From an uncultured Bacillota bacterium (GTDB lineage Bacteria; Bacillota; DTU025; MWDF01), in assembly GCA_963823655.1 (NCBI GenBank), contig CAWGMK010000010.1:416001-480000 (forward strand): a DNA stretch of 64,000 nucleotides. Reading direction: 5' to 3'. A model generated the notes under the pieces. The model made no database searches, was not told the DNA's origin, and saw only the letters and a list, made by a program, of their open reading frames with translations. Below are positions 13,391 to 24,829 of this stretch, one piece after another. The position numbers and the translations under genes are program-made. Positions within the stretch are counted from its first letter, which is position 1, and each line of letters begins with the position of its first letter.

Positions 13391-13978
13391 ATGGATATGA
13401 GAGGAAACCATCCGGGCGGCTGGATAGAGGTCATCTGCGGCTCCATGTTCTCCGGCAAGAGCGAGGAGCTCATCAGGCGGGTGAAGCGGGCGCGGATAGC
13501 AAAGCAGAAGGTGGTTGTCCTCAAACATTCCATAGACGACAGGTTCTCTTCCAAGGAAGTCGTCTCCCACGACGGCGACAAGCTTGAAAGCATCCCGGTT
13601 GCCAACTCAAAGGACATATTCTCCATAGTCCCGCTCGGGACGCATGTAGTGGCAATAGACGAGGCCCAGTTTTTTGACGAGGGCCTGGTGGGAATCTGCG
13701 ATACATTGGCCGCCAACGGCGTTAGGGTAATAGTGGCGGGCCTTGATACCAACTTCAGAGGAGATCCATTCGGCCCCATGCCGATGCTTTTGGCGCTTGC
13801 GGAGGACGTCAGCAAGCTTAACGCCATCTGCATGAAATGCGGAGCCCCGGCGTCGAGGACGCAGAGGCTGGTAAACGGCAAGCCCGCCAAATACGACGAT
13901 CCGGTCGTAATGATCGGGGCCAGCGAGTCCTACGAAGCCAGATGCCGGAGGTGCCACGAGGTCCCCGGCAGACCATAA
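13391..13978 (+). CDS. tdk: Thymidine kinase
   Basis: [27 protein letters not shown]...YEARCRRCH. Confidence 0.97.
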   Translation: MDMRGNHPGGWIEVICGSMFSGKSEELIRRVKRARIAKQKVVVLKHSIDDRFSSKEVVSHDGDKLESIPVANSKDIFSIVPLGTHVVAIDEAQFFDEGLVGICDTLAANGVRVIVAGLDTNFRGDPFGPMPMLLALAEDVSKLNAICMKCGAPASRTQRLVNGKPAKYDDPVVMIGASESYEARCRRCHEVPGRP

Positions 13979-13997
13979 TCCCATGTGAGGTGTATTT

Positions 13998-14903
13998 ATG
14001 AGCGAGAAACACAGCTACGGCGGCCAGGCGGTGCTCGAGGGCGTCATGATGAGAGGGCGCAAGGGCATAGCGGTGGCCGTAAGGAAGCCTGACGGTCAGA
14101 TAAGCATGTACAAGAAGCTGATGAAAGAGGACAAGAAGCCGGCGCTGTTCAAGATGCCCGTAATCAGGGGAGTTGTGAACTTCGTCGAGACGCTGGTAAT
14201 CGGCATGGACGCGCTCATGTTCTCAGCGAACGAGGCGACAGGACAGGACGAGAAGCTTACAAGCTGGGAAGTGGCGCTGACCTTACTAGCGTCTTTCGGA
14301 CTCTTTGTGGGCCTTTTCATTGTTCTTCCCAATGTCCTCGTGTCCATCATATCGAGGTATTTCGCAAGCATTTTCGTCATCAACCTTATAGAAGGCGCGC
14401 TCAGGCTCGCGATATTCGGCCTCTACCTGTACGGGATATCCTACATGAAGGACATAAAGAGGCTCTTCGCATACCATGGGGCGGAGCATAAAGTCATAGC
14501 CGCCTATGAAGCTGATGAACCTCTGGACACAGCGCACATCCAGGCCCATACGACGATGCATACCAGATGCGGCACCAACTTCCTTCTCATAGTCATGTTC
14601 GTTTCGATACTGATTTACTCGGTGCTGGGCAGGCAGACGATACTCGCCCGCATCGCGACAAGGATAGTATTGCTGCCCGTAATCGCAGGCCTTGCCTATG
14701 AGCTGTTCAAGCTGGCCGCCAAAAAGCGCGACAGCGCAATACTAAGGGCCGTCTCGTACCCCGGCTTGCAGCTGCAGAAGCTTACGACCAAGCAGCCGGA
14801 CAACGATATGGTGGAAGTGGCGCTTGCGGCGTTCAAAGGAGCACTTGAGATGGACGGGGAGCCTGTGCCTGCGATTGAGGCCGGCACGGTTCAGGAAGGA
14901 TAA
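13998..14903 (+). CDS. DUF1385 family membrane protein
   Basis: [28 protein letters not shown]; usual neighbour of prfA/prmC. Confidence 0.92.
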   Translation: MSEKHSYGGQAVLEGVMMRGRKGIAVAVRKPDGQISMYKKLMKEDKKPALFKMPVIRGVVNFVETLVIGMDALMFSANEATGQDEKLTSWEVALTLLASFGLFVGLFIVLPNVLVSIISRYFASIFVINLIEGALRLAIFGLYLYGISYMKDIKRLFAYHGAEHKVIAAYEADEPLDTAHIQAHTTMHTRCGTNFLLIVMFVSILIYSVLGRQTILARIATRIVLLPVIAGLAYELFKLAAKKRDSAILRAVSYPGLQLQKLTTKQPDNDMVEVALAAFKGALEMDGEPVPAIEAGTVQEG

Positions 14904-14911
14904 ATTTCCAA

Positions 14912-15979
14912 ATGGTTGAGAAGCTCTTAGACGTCGAGAAGAGATATGAGGAGCTAGAAAGAAGCCTCTCCTCACCCGATGTCGTATCCGACATGGATCA
15001 ATTCAGGAAGCTCTCGAAGGCCCATTCGTCCCTGACTCCGATAGTGGAGAACTTCAGGGAGCTCAGGACGGTCGAGGAGCAGCTTGCAGGCGCAAATGAT
15101 ATGCTCTGGCACGAGGATGACCCCGAGCTTAAGCAGATGGCCTCGGAGGAAGTAAGCTCCCTGCAAAAAAGGCAGGAGCAGCTCAACGACAAGCTTAAGC
15201 TGCTGCTTCTCCCCAAGGACCCACTCGATGAGAAGAACGTAATCCTCGAGATTAGGGCGGGAACCGGCGGCGAGGAGGCGGCCCTTTTCGGAGGGGACCT
15301 GCTTCGCATGTACGGCAGGTACGCCGAGCGCAGAGGATGGGCACTTGAGCCCATGAGCATGTCAGAAACGGGCCTGGGAGGCTTTAAAGAGGCCATCGTG
15401 ATGATCTCGGGCGACCAGGTTTACTCGCGCCTGAAGTTCGAATCAGGGGCCCACAGGGTGCAGCGCATCCCTGAGACCGAGGCGCAGGGCAGGATACACA
15501 CATCCGCCGCCACGGTAGCTGTCATGCCAGAAGCAGAGGAAGTGGACGTTGAGATCAACCCGAACGATCTTAGAGTCGACGTCTTCAGAGCAGGCGGGCA
15601 CGGCGGCCAGGGCGTAAACATGACGGACTCAGCCGTAAGGATTACCCATATGCCTTCAGGGCTGGTAGTACAGTGCCAGGACGAAAGGTCGCAGCTTAAG
15701 AACAAGGAGAAGGCGATGAAGGTGCTTCGCTCAAGGCTGCTGGAAAAGACCATAGAGGAGCAGCAGTCGAAGTACTCGCAGCAGAGGAAGAGCCTTGTCG
15801 GAAGCGGCGACAGGTCCGAGCGCATAAGGACATACAATTTCCCGCAAAACCGCATGACGGACCACAGGATAGGCCTTACGCTGCATAAGCTGGATATGAT
15901 AGTCGACGGCGACCTTGACGAGATAATTGACGCGCTGATACTCAAGGAACAGAGCGAAAGGCTAAAGAAGGATGAGTAG
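14912..15979 (+). CDS. prfA: Peptide chain release factor 1
   Basis: [20 protein letters not shown] (PxT), GGQ. Confidence 0.98.
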   Translation: MVEKLLDVEKRYEELERSLSSPDVVSDMDQFRKLSKAHSSLTPIVENFRELRTVEEQLAGANDMLWHEDDPELKQMASEEVSSLQKRQEQLNDKLKLLLLPKDPLDEKNVILEIRAGTGGEEAALFGGDLLRMYGRYAERRGWALEPMSMSETGLGGFKEAIVMISGDQVYSRLKFESGAHRVQRIPETEAQGRIHTSAATVAVMPEAEEVDVEINPNDLRVDVFRAGGHGGQGVNMTDSAVRITHMPSGLVVQCQDERSQLKNKEKAMKVLRSRLLEKTIEEQQSKYSQQRKSLVGSGDRSERIRTYNFPQNRMTDHRIGLTLHKLDMIVDGDLDEIIDALILKEQSERLKKDE

Positions 15980-16844
15980 GCAGGATGGAGGGCACACTGT
16001 GCTCGACCTCCTGAACAAATCGGCGGGCTACCTCGCCCAGAAGGGGTCACCCTCGCCAAGGCTTGATGCAGAGCTCCTGCTTGCCAACGTATTGGGCTGC
16101 AGCAGGATATCCTTGTATGTAGGATTCGACAAGCCCCTTGGCGAAGATGAAGTGAACTCTTACCGGCAGCTTGTAATGCGCAGGGGACGCAGGGAGCCGG
16201 TAGCCTATATAATCGGCAAGAAGGAATTCATGGGGCGCGATTTCGCAGTCCAAGCCGGGGCCCTGGTCCCAAGGCCTGAGACCGAGCTGATGGCGGAGCG
16301 CGGCATTGAGGCTATACGCAGCGCAGATGAGCCTCTGGCGGCCGAGCTGTGCTGCGGAAGCGGGGCGGCTGGCATATGCCTTGCCCTGGCCCGCAAGGAG
16401 TGCAGGCTGCTGCTGACCGACATCTCGGACGAATGCCTCTCGGTGGCAAGGGCGAATGTCGAGGCCCACAAGCTGTCCGACAGGGCAGAAGTATTGAAAA
16501 GTGACCTTTTTGAATCGTGGCCGGCCCATTATGCAGGGCAATTTTCGGTGATCATCGCAAACCCGCCGTATATACCCTCGGCGGAGATAGACGGCCTGGA
16601 GCCCGAAGTGTCGCTGCATGAGCCAAGGCTGGCCCTGGACGGCGGCCCCGACGGGCTGGACCTTTACAGAAGGATAGCCCGGGAAGCTTCGCATTGGCTC
16701 AAGGCACAGGGCGTGCTTGTGCTGGAAGTCGGGCACGATCAGTCTCGCGACGTCGGTAAGCTCCTGGTTGATGCCGGTTTAAAGGATGTACGCTACCACA
16801 AGGACCTTCAGGATTATGAGAGGGTAGTCGAGGCTATCGCTTAA
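15972..16844 (+). CDS. prmC: Release factor glutamine methyltransferase
   Basis: [29 protein letters not shown]. Confidence 0.97.
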   Translation: MSRQDGGHTVLDLLNKSAGYLAQKGSPSPRLDAELLLANVLGCSRISLYVGFDKPLGEDEVNSYRQLVMRRGRREPVAYIIGKKEFMGRDFAVQAGALVPRPETELMAERGIEAIRSADEPLAAELCCGSGAAGICLALARKECRLLLTDISDECLSVARANVEAHKLSDRAEVLKSDLFESWPAHYAGQFSVIIANPPYIPSAEIDGLEPEVSLHEPRLALDGGPDGLDLYRRIAREASHWLKAQGVLVLEVGHDQSRDVGKLLVDAGLKDVRYHKDLQDYERVVEAIA

Positions 16845-16856
16845 GGGGGGCTTCCT

Positions 16857-17954
16857 ATGAACACCGTGTTTGTGAACATGGCGTCGGGCATCAAGGAAGA
16901 ATACATAGCGAAAGCGGCCGAGATCATAAGATCCGGAGGGCTCGTAGCATTCCCCACGGAGACAGTGTACGGTCTGGGAGCCAGCGGCTTCGACCCGCAG
17001 GCGGTGGCCAAGATCTTCAAGGCGAAGGGCAGGCCGCAGGACAATCCGCTCATCTTGCACATATCCAAGCTGGACGACCTTTTTGAGCTGGCCAGCGAAG
17101 TGCCGCCGGAGGCGATCAAGCTTGCCAACTTGTTCTGGCCGGGCCCGTTGACCATGGTGCTCAAGAAGAAGCCGATAGTGCCCGACACCGTAACCGCGGG
17201 CCTTCAGACCGTGGCCATACGCATGCCCGCGAACGACATCGCATTGAGGCTCATAGAAGCCTCCGGTGTGCCCATCGCCGCCCCCAGCGCCAACGTCTCA
17301 GGAAGGCCCAGCCCCACATCGGCGGAGCATGTCATGAGCGACCTGTCAGGAGTAATTGACATGGTAATCGACGGGGGGCCGACGAGAATAGGCGTAGAAT
17401 CCACAGTGCTGGACATAAGCGACGCCACGCCGGTGCTCTTAAGGCCGGGAGGGTTGGGGCTTGAGGATTTAAAACTTGTCCTTCCCGATATCGAGATGGG
17501 AATGGACAATCCGGACGGGCCTGCGAAATCGCCGGGGCTCAGGCACAAGCACTATGCGCCCAAAGCGCCCCTGTTTCTTTATAAAGGCCCGGTCGACGAG
17601 CAGATAGCCACAATCAGCCAGGAGATGGTCTCGCTCGCTAGAAACGGCAGCAGGGTGGGCGTTTTGGCGGCGGCTGGCGAACTGGAGGCCATAAGGAAGA
17701 GCGCGCGACTTGCCGGCCTTTCGGCAAACGACGCCCCGTGCGGCGAATCGGACATCGTGTATGCGGCAACGGGCAGGCGGGATCGGATGTATGAGATCGC
17801 CTCATCGCTTTTCGCATGCCTCAGGCAGCTTGATGCCTCGGACGTGTCAATTATTCTGGCGACATCATATATTGAAGAAGGGCTCGGTTACGCGGTCATG
17901 AACCGGCTGGTGCGCGCAAGCGACGGCAGGGTCCTAATGGTTGAGGAAAGATGA
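16857..17954 (+). CDS. sua5: Threonylcarbamoyl-AMP synthase (Sua5/YwlC/TsaC2)
   Basis: [38 protein letters not shown] plus SUA5 domain. Confidence 0.96.
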   Translation: MNTVFVNMASGIKEEYIAKAAEIIRSGGLVAFPTETVYGLGASGFDPQAVAKIFKAKGRPQDNPLILHISKLDDLFELASEVPPEAIKLANLFWPGPLTMVLKKKPIVPDTVTAGLQTVAIRMPANDIALRLIEASGVPIAAPSANVSGRPSPTSAEHVMSDLSGVIDMVIDGGPTRIGVESTVLDISDATPVLLRPGGLGLEDLKLVLPDIEMGMDNPDGPAKSPGLRHKHYAPKAPLFLYKGPVDEQIATISQEMVSLARNGSRVGVLAAAGELEAIRKSARLAGLSANDAPCGESDIVYAATGRRDRMYEIASSLFACLRQLDASDVSIILATSYIEEGLGYAVMNRLVRASDGRVLMVEER

Positions 17955-17970
17955 TTTCGGAGGTGCTCGG

Positions 17971-19056
17971 ATGAATATTTCTATAGGTTGCGACCATGCC
18001 GGCATTGAGCTGAAGACGGCGCTTATCGGAAGGATCGCCTCACTGGGGCATACTGTCCGCGACAGGGGGACTCATGCTACCACTTCGGTGGACTACCCGG
18101 ATTTCGCTTCCATAGTCTGTGCGGACGTGGCATCGGGCCAGTCTGACAGGGGCGTGCTCATATGCGGCACGGGCATCGGGATGTCGATGGCCGCCAACAA
18201 GATAAAAGGCATAAGGGCGGCGCTCGTATACGATATGGACACCGCGCGCCTGTCAAGGGCTCATAACGACGCCAATGTGCTCTGCCTGGGCGCCAGGACC
18301 CCTAGCGCAGCCATTGCGCCTGAGATACTGGAGCTGTGGCTTGCCACAGCTTTTGACGACGGCAGGCACAGCCGCAGGGTATGCAAGATAGATGCGCTGG
18401 CCATTGCCAGAGAGGGCTGGGAGGGGCTCAATAACGTACATGTGATCAACCACCCTCTCATACAGCACAAGCTGTCGCTCATAAGGCAGAAGCAGACCGA
18501 GCCGCGCCATTTCAGGGACCTGGTTTCGGAGATCGCAAAGCTCATGGCATACGAAGTCACAAGGGATGTACCGCTTGCGGAAATCGAGATCGAGACGCCG
18601 ATCTGCTCCGCCAAGGGCAAGGTCATGGCCGGCAAGCACTTCGGCATCGTTGCAATATTAAGAGCAGGCCTTGCGATGGCAGAATCAATACTCGAGATAA
18701 TGCCCGGCGCAAGGATGGGCCATATCGGCCTCTACAGGGATCCCTGCACGCTAAAGCCCGTGCAGTACTACTCGAAGCTTCCCCAGGACACAGCAGACCG
18801 GAGCATGATACTAGTCGACCCCATGCTTGCGACCGGAGGCACGATAATAAAGGGCATCGACCTGCTCAAGCAGGCAGGCGCCAAGGGTATCAAGGTGGTC
18901 AGCATCGTCTCCGCCCCTATCGGGATCAGGAACATCGTCCAGGCCCATCCGGATGTGGAGATCTTCGTGGCTTCAGTCGACGAGAAGCTAAACGACCACG
19001 GCTACATAGTCCCCGGGCTGGGGGATGCGGGCGACAGGCTTTACGGCACCAAGTAA
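17971..19056 (+). CDS. upp: Fused ribose-5-phosphate isomerase B / uracil phosphoribosyltransferase
   Basis: RpiB motifs [21 protein letters not shown] are in frame with Upp motifs [32 protein letters not shown]. Confidence 0.92.
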   Translation: MNISIGCDHAGIELKTALIGRIASLGHTVRDRGTHATTSVDYPDFASIVCADVASGQSDRGVLICGTGIGMSMAANKIKGIRAALVYDMDTARLSRAHNDANVLCLGARTPSAAIAPEILELWLATAFDDGRHSRRVCKIDALAIAREGWEGLNNVHVINHPLIQHKLSLIRQKQTEPRHFRDLVSEIAKLMAYEVTRDVPLAEIEIETPICSAKGKVMAGKHFGIVAILRAGLAMAESILEIMPGARMGHIGLYRDPCTLKPVQYYSKLPQDTADRSMILVDPMLATGGTIIKGIDLLKQAGAKGIKVVSIVSAPIGIRNIVQAHPDVEIFVASVDEKLNDHGYIVPGLGDAGDRLYGTK

Positions 19057-19068
19057 GGGGTGGACAGG

Positions 19069-19536
19069 ATGGTCGACAGGCCCAGCTGGGACAGATACTT
19101 CATGGATATAGCGGTGATGGTCGCGACTAGGTCCACCTGCATGAGAAGAAGCGTAGGTGCCATCGCTGTGAACAACAGGCGGATACTCGCCACAGGCTAC
19201 AATGGCACGCCAAAGGGGCTCAGGCATTGCACCGAAGTGGGCTGCATAAGGCAGGAGCTGGGCATACCGTCGGGCCAGAGGCACGAGCTTTGCCGCGGCC
19301 TGCATGCGGAGCAGAACTGCATAATACAAGCGGCGGTCCACGGAGTGCAGCTGGACGGCTCGACCATATACTGTACTTTCCAACCCTGCGCAGTGTGCGC
19401 CAAGATGCTCATAAACGCCGGCATATCGGAGGTCGTCTACGAGGGGGGTTACCCCGACGAGATGGCTGTGTCGATGCTTAATGAGGCGGGGGTAAAGCTA
19501 AGAAGGCTAGAGCCGGAAGCGGAGGTTGGCGGCTGA
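19069..19536 (+). CDS. dCMP deaminase family protein (ComEB-like)
   Basis: [25 protein letters not shown]. Confidence 0.93.
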   Translation: MVDRPSWDRYFMDIAVMVATRSTCMRRSVGAIAVNNRRILATGYNGTPKGLRHCTEVGCIRQELGIPSGQRHELCRGLHAEQNCIIQAAVHGVQLDGSTIYCTFQPCAVCAKMLINAGISEVVYEGGYPDEMAVSMLNEAGVKLRRLEPEAEVGG

Positions 19537-20585
19537 TGAATTTAATATTGATCGCCTTTTTCCTTGCGACGGCACTGTCGCTGGCATTGACTCCGGCGGT
19601 CGGATACCTTGCCAGGAAGACCGGGGTAGTCGACGTTCCGCGCGGAAGGCACGCGCATGAGAAGCCAATACCGCTGATGGGCGGCCTTGCCATTTTCATC
19701 GCCTTCGTGGCAACCGTACTTATGAGGCTTGGCGTTACAGGCTGGGTCCTGGGGCTTATCCTGGGAAGCAGCGTGATCATGCTCACAGGCATAGTAGATG
19801 ACATCTTCGAGCTGAAGCCGCTTGCGAAGCTTGCAGGCCAGATAACAGGCGCCGTCGTCATGGTGGCGATGGGAGTGCGCATGGAATTCGTGTCCAACCC
19901 GTTCGGCGGGATAGTGCACTTAAGCTGGCTTTCCTATCCTTTCAGCGTAATTTGGATACTGTCTTTCGTCAATGCCATTAACCTCATCGACGGGCTGGAT
20001 GGGCTAGCCTCGGGCGTAGTCGGCATAGGCTCGATGTCGCTGGGCCTCATCGCTTTCAGCAAAGGGCACATAGATGTCGCGATACTCGCAGTCATCCTTT
20101 CAGGCTCCTGCATCGGCTTCCTATGGCACAACTTCAACCCCGCCCAGATTTTCATGGGGGATACGGGAGCGCTCTTCATAGGCTCGGTCATGGGAGGAAT
20201 CAGCGCGGTCGGAGCCATAAAGGGCCCTGCCACGATGACTATCGCCGTCCCGGTCGTGATATTGGGCGTTGCCGTAGTGGATACGGCACTTGCCATATTA
20301 AGGCGCATCGAGAACAACGTGAGCATAGGCGAGGGAGATTATGACCACTTCCATTACTGGCTGGTTAAGCACGGCCTAACGGTCAGACAGGCGGTCGGCA
20401 TAATCTATGCGCTGACTATTGCCCTTTCAGTAGTCGCCTACTTCATATCCAGCCAGAAATCGACCCCCGCGGGCTGGTTTATTGCCTTCGGCGCGTTTGC
20501 GGTGCTCATCATCGCAGGTGCGATGGTGGGGATGATAAAGCTCGGCAGGCTGGGCAGATGGATCAAGGAAAGGCGGAAATCCTAG
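19536..20585 (+). CDS. tagO: Undecaprenyl-phosphate GlcNAc-1-phosphate transferase (TagO/WecA, MraY family)
   Basis: PLMGGLAIF, GIVDD, NLIDGLDGLA, NFNPAQIFMGDTG. Confidence 0.9.
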   Translation: MNLILIAFFLATALSLALTPAVGYLARKTGVVDVPRGRHAHEKPIPLMGGLAIFIAFVATVLMRLGVTGWVLGLILGSSVIMLTGIVDDIFELKPLAKLAGQITGAVVMVAMGVRMEFVSNPFGGIVHLSWLSYPFSVIWILSFVNAINLIDGLDGLASGVVGIGSMSLGLIAFSKGHIDVAILAVILSGSCIGFLWHNFNPAQIFMGDTGALFIGSVMGGISAVGAIKGPATMTIAVPVVILGVAVVDTALAILRRIENNVSIGEGDYDHFHYWLVKHGLTVRQAVGIIYALTIALSVVAYFISSQKSTPAGWFIAFGAFAVLIIAGAMVGMIKLGRLGRWIKERRKS

Positions 20586-21728
20586 ATGCCAAGGGTCATG
20601 GCGGTATTCGGAACCAGGCCGGACACCATAAAGATGATGCCTGTCATAGAGGCCATAAAGGCGCATCCAGCAGATTTCGAGCTGTTCTCATTGTCGACCG
20701 GCCAGCACAGGCAGATGCTTGACGACGTCCTGAGGGTGTTCGGCGTGGAGCCGGACCTCGACTTGGACATCATGAGGCCGGACCAGACCCTAAGCGACAT
20801 CGTTACCAGGGGGCTTCCGGCCATAGGCGCTGTTATCAAGGACATTTCACCCGATCTGGTGCTTGTGCACGGCGATACCTCCACGGGCTTTACCGCCTCT
20901 CTTGCGGCGTTCTACGCAGGCGTCAAATCGGCCCATGTAGAGGCCGGCTTGAGGACATTCGATAAATGGAACCCATTCCCCGAGGAGATGAACAGGAAGC
21001 TCATAGGTTCCCTTGCCGACTTGCACTTCGCGCCGCTAAAAACCCACAGGGCGAACCTGCTGGCAGAGGGCGTAAAGCCCGATGGCATCTACGTGACGGG
21101 AAACACTGCGGTCGACGCCGTACTGAGGACGTCCGAGAAGGTCAAAGACCTCGAGAATGCCGAGCTGGAAGGCGCGATATATGGCTCCGGAAGGCTGATA
21201 CTGGTAACCGCGCACAGAAGAGAGAGCATCGGCGCAGGGATCGAGGGCATATGCCTTGCCGTGAAGAGGATACTGGGCAAATACCGGGATGTCAGGATAT
21301 TGTTCCCCGTGCATCCTAACCCCAGGGTCTCCGGTACAGTCCACAGGATACTCGACGGCGAAAACCGGTGCCACCTGGTGAGCCCGATGTCCTATCCGGA
21401 CATGGTGCTTGCCATGAAGAGCTCGTACTTCTGCATGAGCGATTTGGGCGGCATACAGGAGGAGGCGCCTTCCCTTGGAAAGCCCGTCCTTGTGCTGCGG
21501 GAGTGCACCGAAAGGCCCGAGGGGCTGGCCGCAGGCACGCTAAAGCTTGCCGGCGTATCGCCCGACAGGATATTCGAGCTGGCAAGCCTGCTTCTTGAGG
21601 ATGAGGGCGAATACAGGAAGATGGCGGCAAGCCGCAACCCGTTTGGCGACGGCAAAGCCTCGGACAGGATAATACAGGCGATTTTACACAGCGCGGGCCA
21701 GGCCTCAAGGCCGGCAGATTACGAATAG
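20586..21728 (+). CDS. wecB: UDP-N-acetylglucosamine 2-epimerase (non-hydrolysing)
   Basis: FGTRPDTIK, TGQH, HVEAGLR, PFPEEMNR, TAHRRE, GGIQEE. Confidence 0.96.
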   Translation: MPRVMAVFGTRPDTIKMMPVIEAIKAHPADFELFSLSTGQHRQMLDDVLRVFGVEPDLDLDIMRPDQTLSDIVTRGLPAIGAVIKDISPDLVLVHGDTSTGFTASLAAFYAGVKSAHVEAGLRTFDKWNPFPEEMNRKLIGSLADLHFAPLKTHRANLLAEGVKPDGIYVTGNTAVDAVLRTSEKVKDLENAELEGAIYGSGRLILVTAHRRESIGAGIEGICLAVKRILGKYRDVRILFPVHPNPRVSGTVHRILDGENRCHLVSPMSYPDMVLAMKSSYFCMSDLGGIQEEAPSLGKPVLVLRECTERPEGLAAGTLKLAGVSPDRIFELASLLLEDEGEYRKMAASRNPFGDGKASDRIIQAILHSAGQASRPADYE

Positions 21729-21750
21729 TCAACCGAAAGGCGTGAACGAT

Positions 21751-23007
21751 ATGGAACTTAGCACCTTGATCGTCGAAGGCGGAAGGAGAATGGAAGGAAG
21801 CGTGAGGGTGGGCGGGGCCAAAAACTCGTCTCTGCCCCTTATAGCCGCAGCTTTGCTTCCAAACGGCGTGTCCGTCATTGAGGACGTACCGAGGCTTAAG
21901 GATATAGAGACGATGCGAGGCGTCATCGAGGCGCTCGGGGCGAGGATAATCATGGACGGCAATGTGATGTCTGTGGACTCCTCCGGCATCAACGGCAACG
22001 AGCCCCCCTACGAGATGGTGAGATCCATGCGGGCATCTTTCCTTGTGATGGGCCCGCTTCTTGCCAGGATGGGCAGCGCCCACATATTCCAGCCGGGCGG
22101 CTGCGCGATAGGCGCAAGGCCCATTGACCTGCACCTGAAGGGCTTCGCCGCCCTTGGCGCAAGCGTTGATATGAGCGGAGGCGTCGTCAAGGCAAGCGTT
22201 GCCGGAAGGCTTAAGGGCGAGAGGGTCTACCTGGACTTTCCTAGCGTGGGCGCCACGGAGAACATAATGATGGCGGCAGCTACAGCCGACGGCAGGACCT
22301 TAATTGAAAACGCAGCGAGGGAGCCTGAAATCGTTGACCTGGCCAACTTCCTGAATAAAATGGGCGGCAAGGTCAGAGGCGCCGGCACCCCTGTTATAAG
22401 AATTGACGGAGTCGAAAACCTGGCTCCGACCTCCCATACGGTCATACCCGACAGGATAGAAGCGGGCACTTTCATGATAATCGCAGCTACGACGCAAGGC
22501 AGCCTCTACATAGACAATGTCGTCAGCGAACACTTGAAGCCACTGGAGGCAAAGCTATTGGAGGCGGGAGCCCAGATAGAGAACTTCGAAGGCGCCATAA
22601 AAGTGAGCGCCGACAAGAGGCTCAAAGCCGTCGATATTACGACGATGCCCTACCCCGGTTTCCCGACCGACATGCAAGCGCAGCTTATGGCACTTCTTTG
22701 CACGGCGGACGGAACATCCCAGGTCACCGAGAACGTCTTCGAGAACAGATTTATGCACGCCCCGGAGCTTTCAAGGATGGGCGCTAATGTCAAGATAACC
22801 GGAAGGACCGCCATAGTCGAAGGCGTACCGAAGCTCACCGGCGCACATGTGAACGCGACTGATTTGAGGGCCTCCGCGTCGCTTGTTACCGCGGCCCTGG
22901 TGGCCGAAGGAGAGACCCACATACACAACATTTCGCATCTGGACAGGGGATATGAGAACTTCGAGGGGCGGCTTGCCAAATGCGGCGCCAGGATGAGAAG
23001 GGAGTAG
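21751..23007 (+). CDS. murA: UDP-N-acetylglucosamine 1-carboxyvinyltransferase
   Basis: GAKNS, MRAS, PGGCAIGARPIDLH, PGFPTDMQ, HLDRGYE. Confidence 0.98.
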   Translation: MELSTLIVEGGRRMEGSVRVGGAKNSSLPLIAAALLPNGVSVIEDVPRLKDIETMRGVIEALGARIIMDGNVMSVDSSGINGNEPPYEMVRSMRASFLVMGPLLARMGSAHIFQPGGCAIGARPIDLHLKGFAALGASVDMSGGVVKASVAGRLKGERVYLDFPSVGATENIMMAAATADGRTLIENAAREPEIVDLANFLNKMGGKVRGAGTPVIRIDGVENLAPTSHTVIPDRIEAGTFMIIAATTQGSLYIDNVVSEHLKPLEAKLLEAGAQIENFEGAIKVSADKRLKAVDITTMPYPGFPTDMQAQLMALLCTADGTSQVTENVFENRFMHAPELSRMGANVKITGRTAIVEGVPKLTGAHVNATDLRASASLVTAALVAEGETHIHNISHLDRGYENFEGRLAKCGARMRRE

Positions 23008-23012
23008 ATTTG

Positions 23013-24700
23013 ATGCGCAAGCCCAAAATTAACTCCCTGATGCTCCTGCTGGCCGGGCTAATGGCAATTTCGCTGGCTGCAGTGTCCAATGCCGCGCCCA
23101 GCTATATGGACCCGAAGGACGCGAAGGCGGGCATGTCGGGCGAGGGGTTGACCGTATTCTATGGAAGTGAGCCATCGCCTTTCAGCTTCAGGGTGATTGC
23201 AGTCACAAAAGGAGATTCCGGCCTTTCGGACCTTATTATCATCAAGGTGGGTGGCAAGCAGGTGGACGAGATTGGCGGCATCGCGGCGGGAATGAGCGGG
23301 AGCCCATGTTACATCAGGCGACAGGCTCCTGGGGCGCTGTCGCATGTGCTTGAGGGCCCGGATGCCAGCATTGGAATAATCACTCCCATGAGCCAGATGG
23401 TCAAAATACTGGAAGCCTACAAGTTCGCAAGCCTGTACGAGACTATAGAGGTAGAAGGCTGGGGGACATTCAAACCTGCGGCCGGGCCCATGTGGGTGGG
23501 AGGACTTAATTCCAGGGGTTTGGGCCTTCTGCAGTCCCGCCTTGGGGTTTTGGGCTTCGCAGCTGCCCCTCTTCCGCTCGGCACAGGCATCAGCATAGGC
23601 CAGAATACGCCCTATGCTGCAGGCTCTTCCATAGCGGTGCAGTTGTGCAACGGAGACATAGAGGCCGGAAGCATCGGCACTGTGACATGGTCGGACGGCA
23701 AGAGCTTCCTTGCCATGGGCCATCCCTTCATGAACCTCGGCGAAGTGGGATTCCCGATGTCGAAATCCCAGGTGCTTGCAGTGCTCCCTTCGGATGATTT
23801 TCCCTTCAAGCTGGGAACTTTCGAGAATCCCGGAGCTATAGTGACCCAAGACCGGGCCTCAGGCATAGCGGGGCTCATCGGACTTGAGGCACAGATGACG
23901 CAAGTGCAGATCACAGTAAACGACATGCAGACCGGCAGGAAGAGCACCTCCAATTTCAGCTGCGTGCCGGATGCCAGGCTCATCGAGGGGCTAATAAGCT
24001 CCGGGCTCCTATCGGTCGTGGACAGCACGATCATGAGGGTGGGAGAGGGGACGGCATTCATAACGGTATCCATGGACGTATCGGGAATGAAGCTTCTCAG
24101 GGAAGATATGGTATGGTCTGCCTCGGACATTGCAGGCTACGCATCCTTCGAGCTGTCGGACATATTAAGCATGATTCTTGGAAATGACGTCGACGAGCCT
24201 GCAATAGCAGACATTTCGGTAAGCCTGGACATCGCGCCCGTCAGGCTGACATCCTCGATACTGGAATTGAAGCTTCCGGAAGGGGGCTTCAAGGCCGGCG
24301 AATCTAGCTCGGATCGGAGTAGTGATAAGGCCCTTCCGTGAAGTAGCCTATACGGAATATGTCGAAATCGAGATCCCTCAGGGGGTTCAACCCGGAAATA
24401 TCGTAGTCGTTGTACGAGGAGGTTCCTCCGAGGACGATGCGGAAGTATATACTATTGTGGATAAGGTCGGCGAAACCGAAGGCGTAGCGCTAGTAGACAT
24501 GCTGGAGGCAATAGAAGGCGCCGAGCAGAACAACGAGCTGATAATCGAGATCAGATACGCCCTTGACGAGGAGTCGACTGGCACTGACGAAGGTTATGTG
24601 GAAACGGAATCCGAGGAGGAGGAGCCCCTCTACTCCGCGGGAATTGTGATTTCAGAGCATCATAAGAGGGTATGTTTCAGTGGAATCAGAGATAAAATAG
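23013..24700 (+). CDS. Secreted SpoIVB-like peptidase S55 protein (several indels)
   Basis: GGIAAGMSGSP, GTVTW...AMGHPF, TQDR. Frame breaks at ~23316-23334 (compensating pair), ~24310 and ~24645; the reconstructed end is IIRGYVSVESEIK-TAG at 24700. Confidence 0.8.
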
Positions 24701-24829
24701 GGGCTGAATCGATAAACGGGAACGGACTCGGTCCTTCCAGACGTTTCTTCTTTAGTGACTTTAAGCTTAAGAGGAGCCGTATGAGCCGGGACCGGACAAA
24801 AGTTAGCGCAACCGTCAGGAGGTACTAAG

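Noticed and set aside
24701-24828. C-terminal part of ORF 24322..24828 as coding
   Set aside because: It is probably run-on after an indel near 24645; an alternative frame gives a plausible end at TAG 24700, leaving an intergenic region before bamA.
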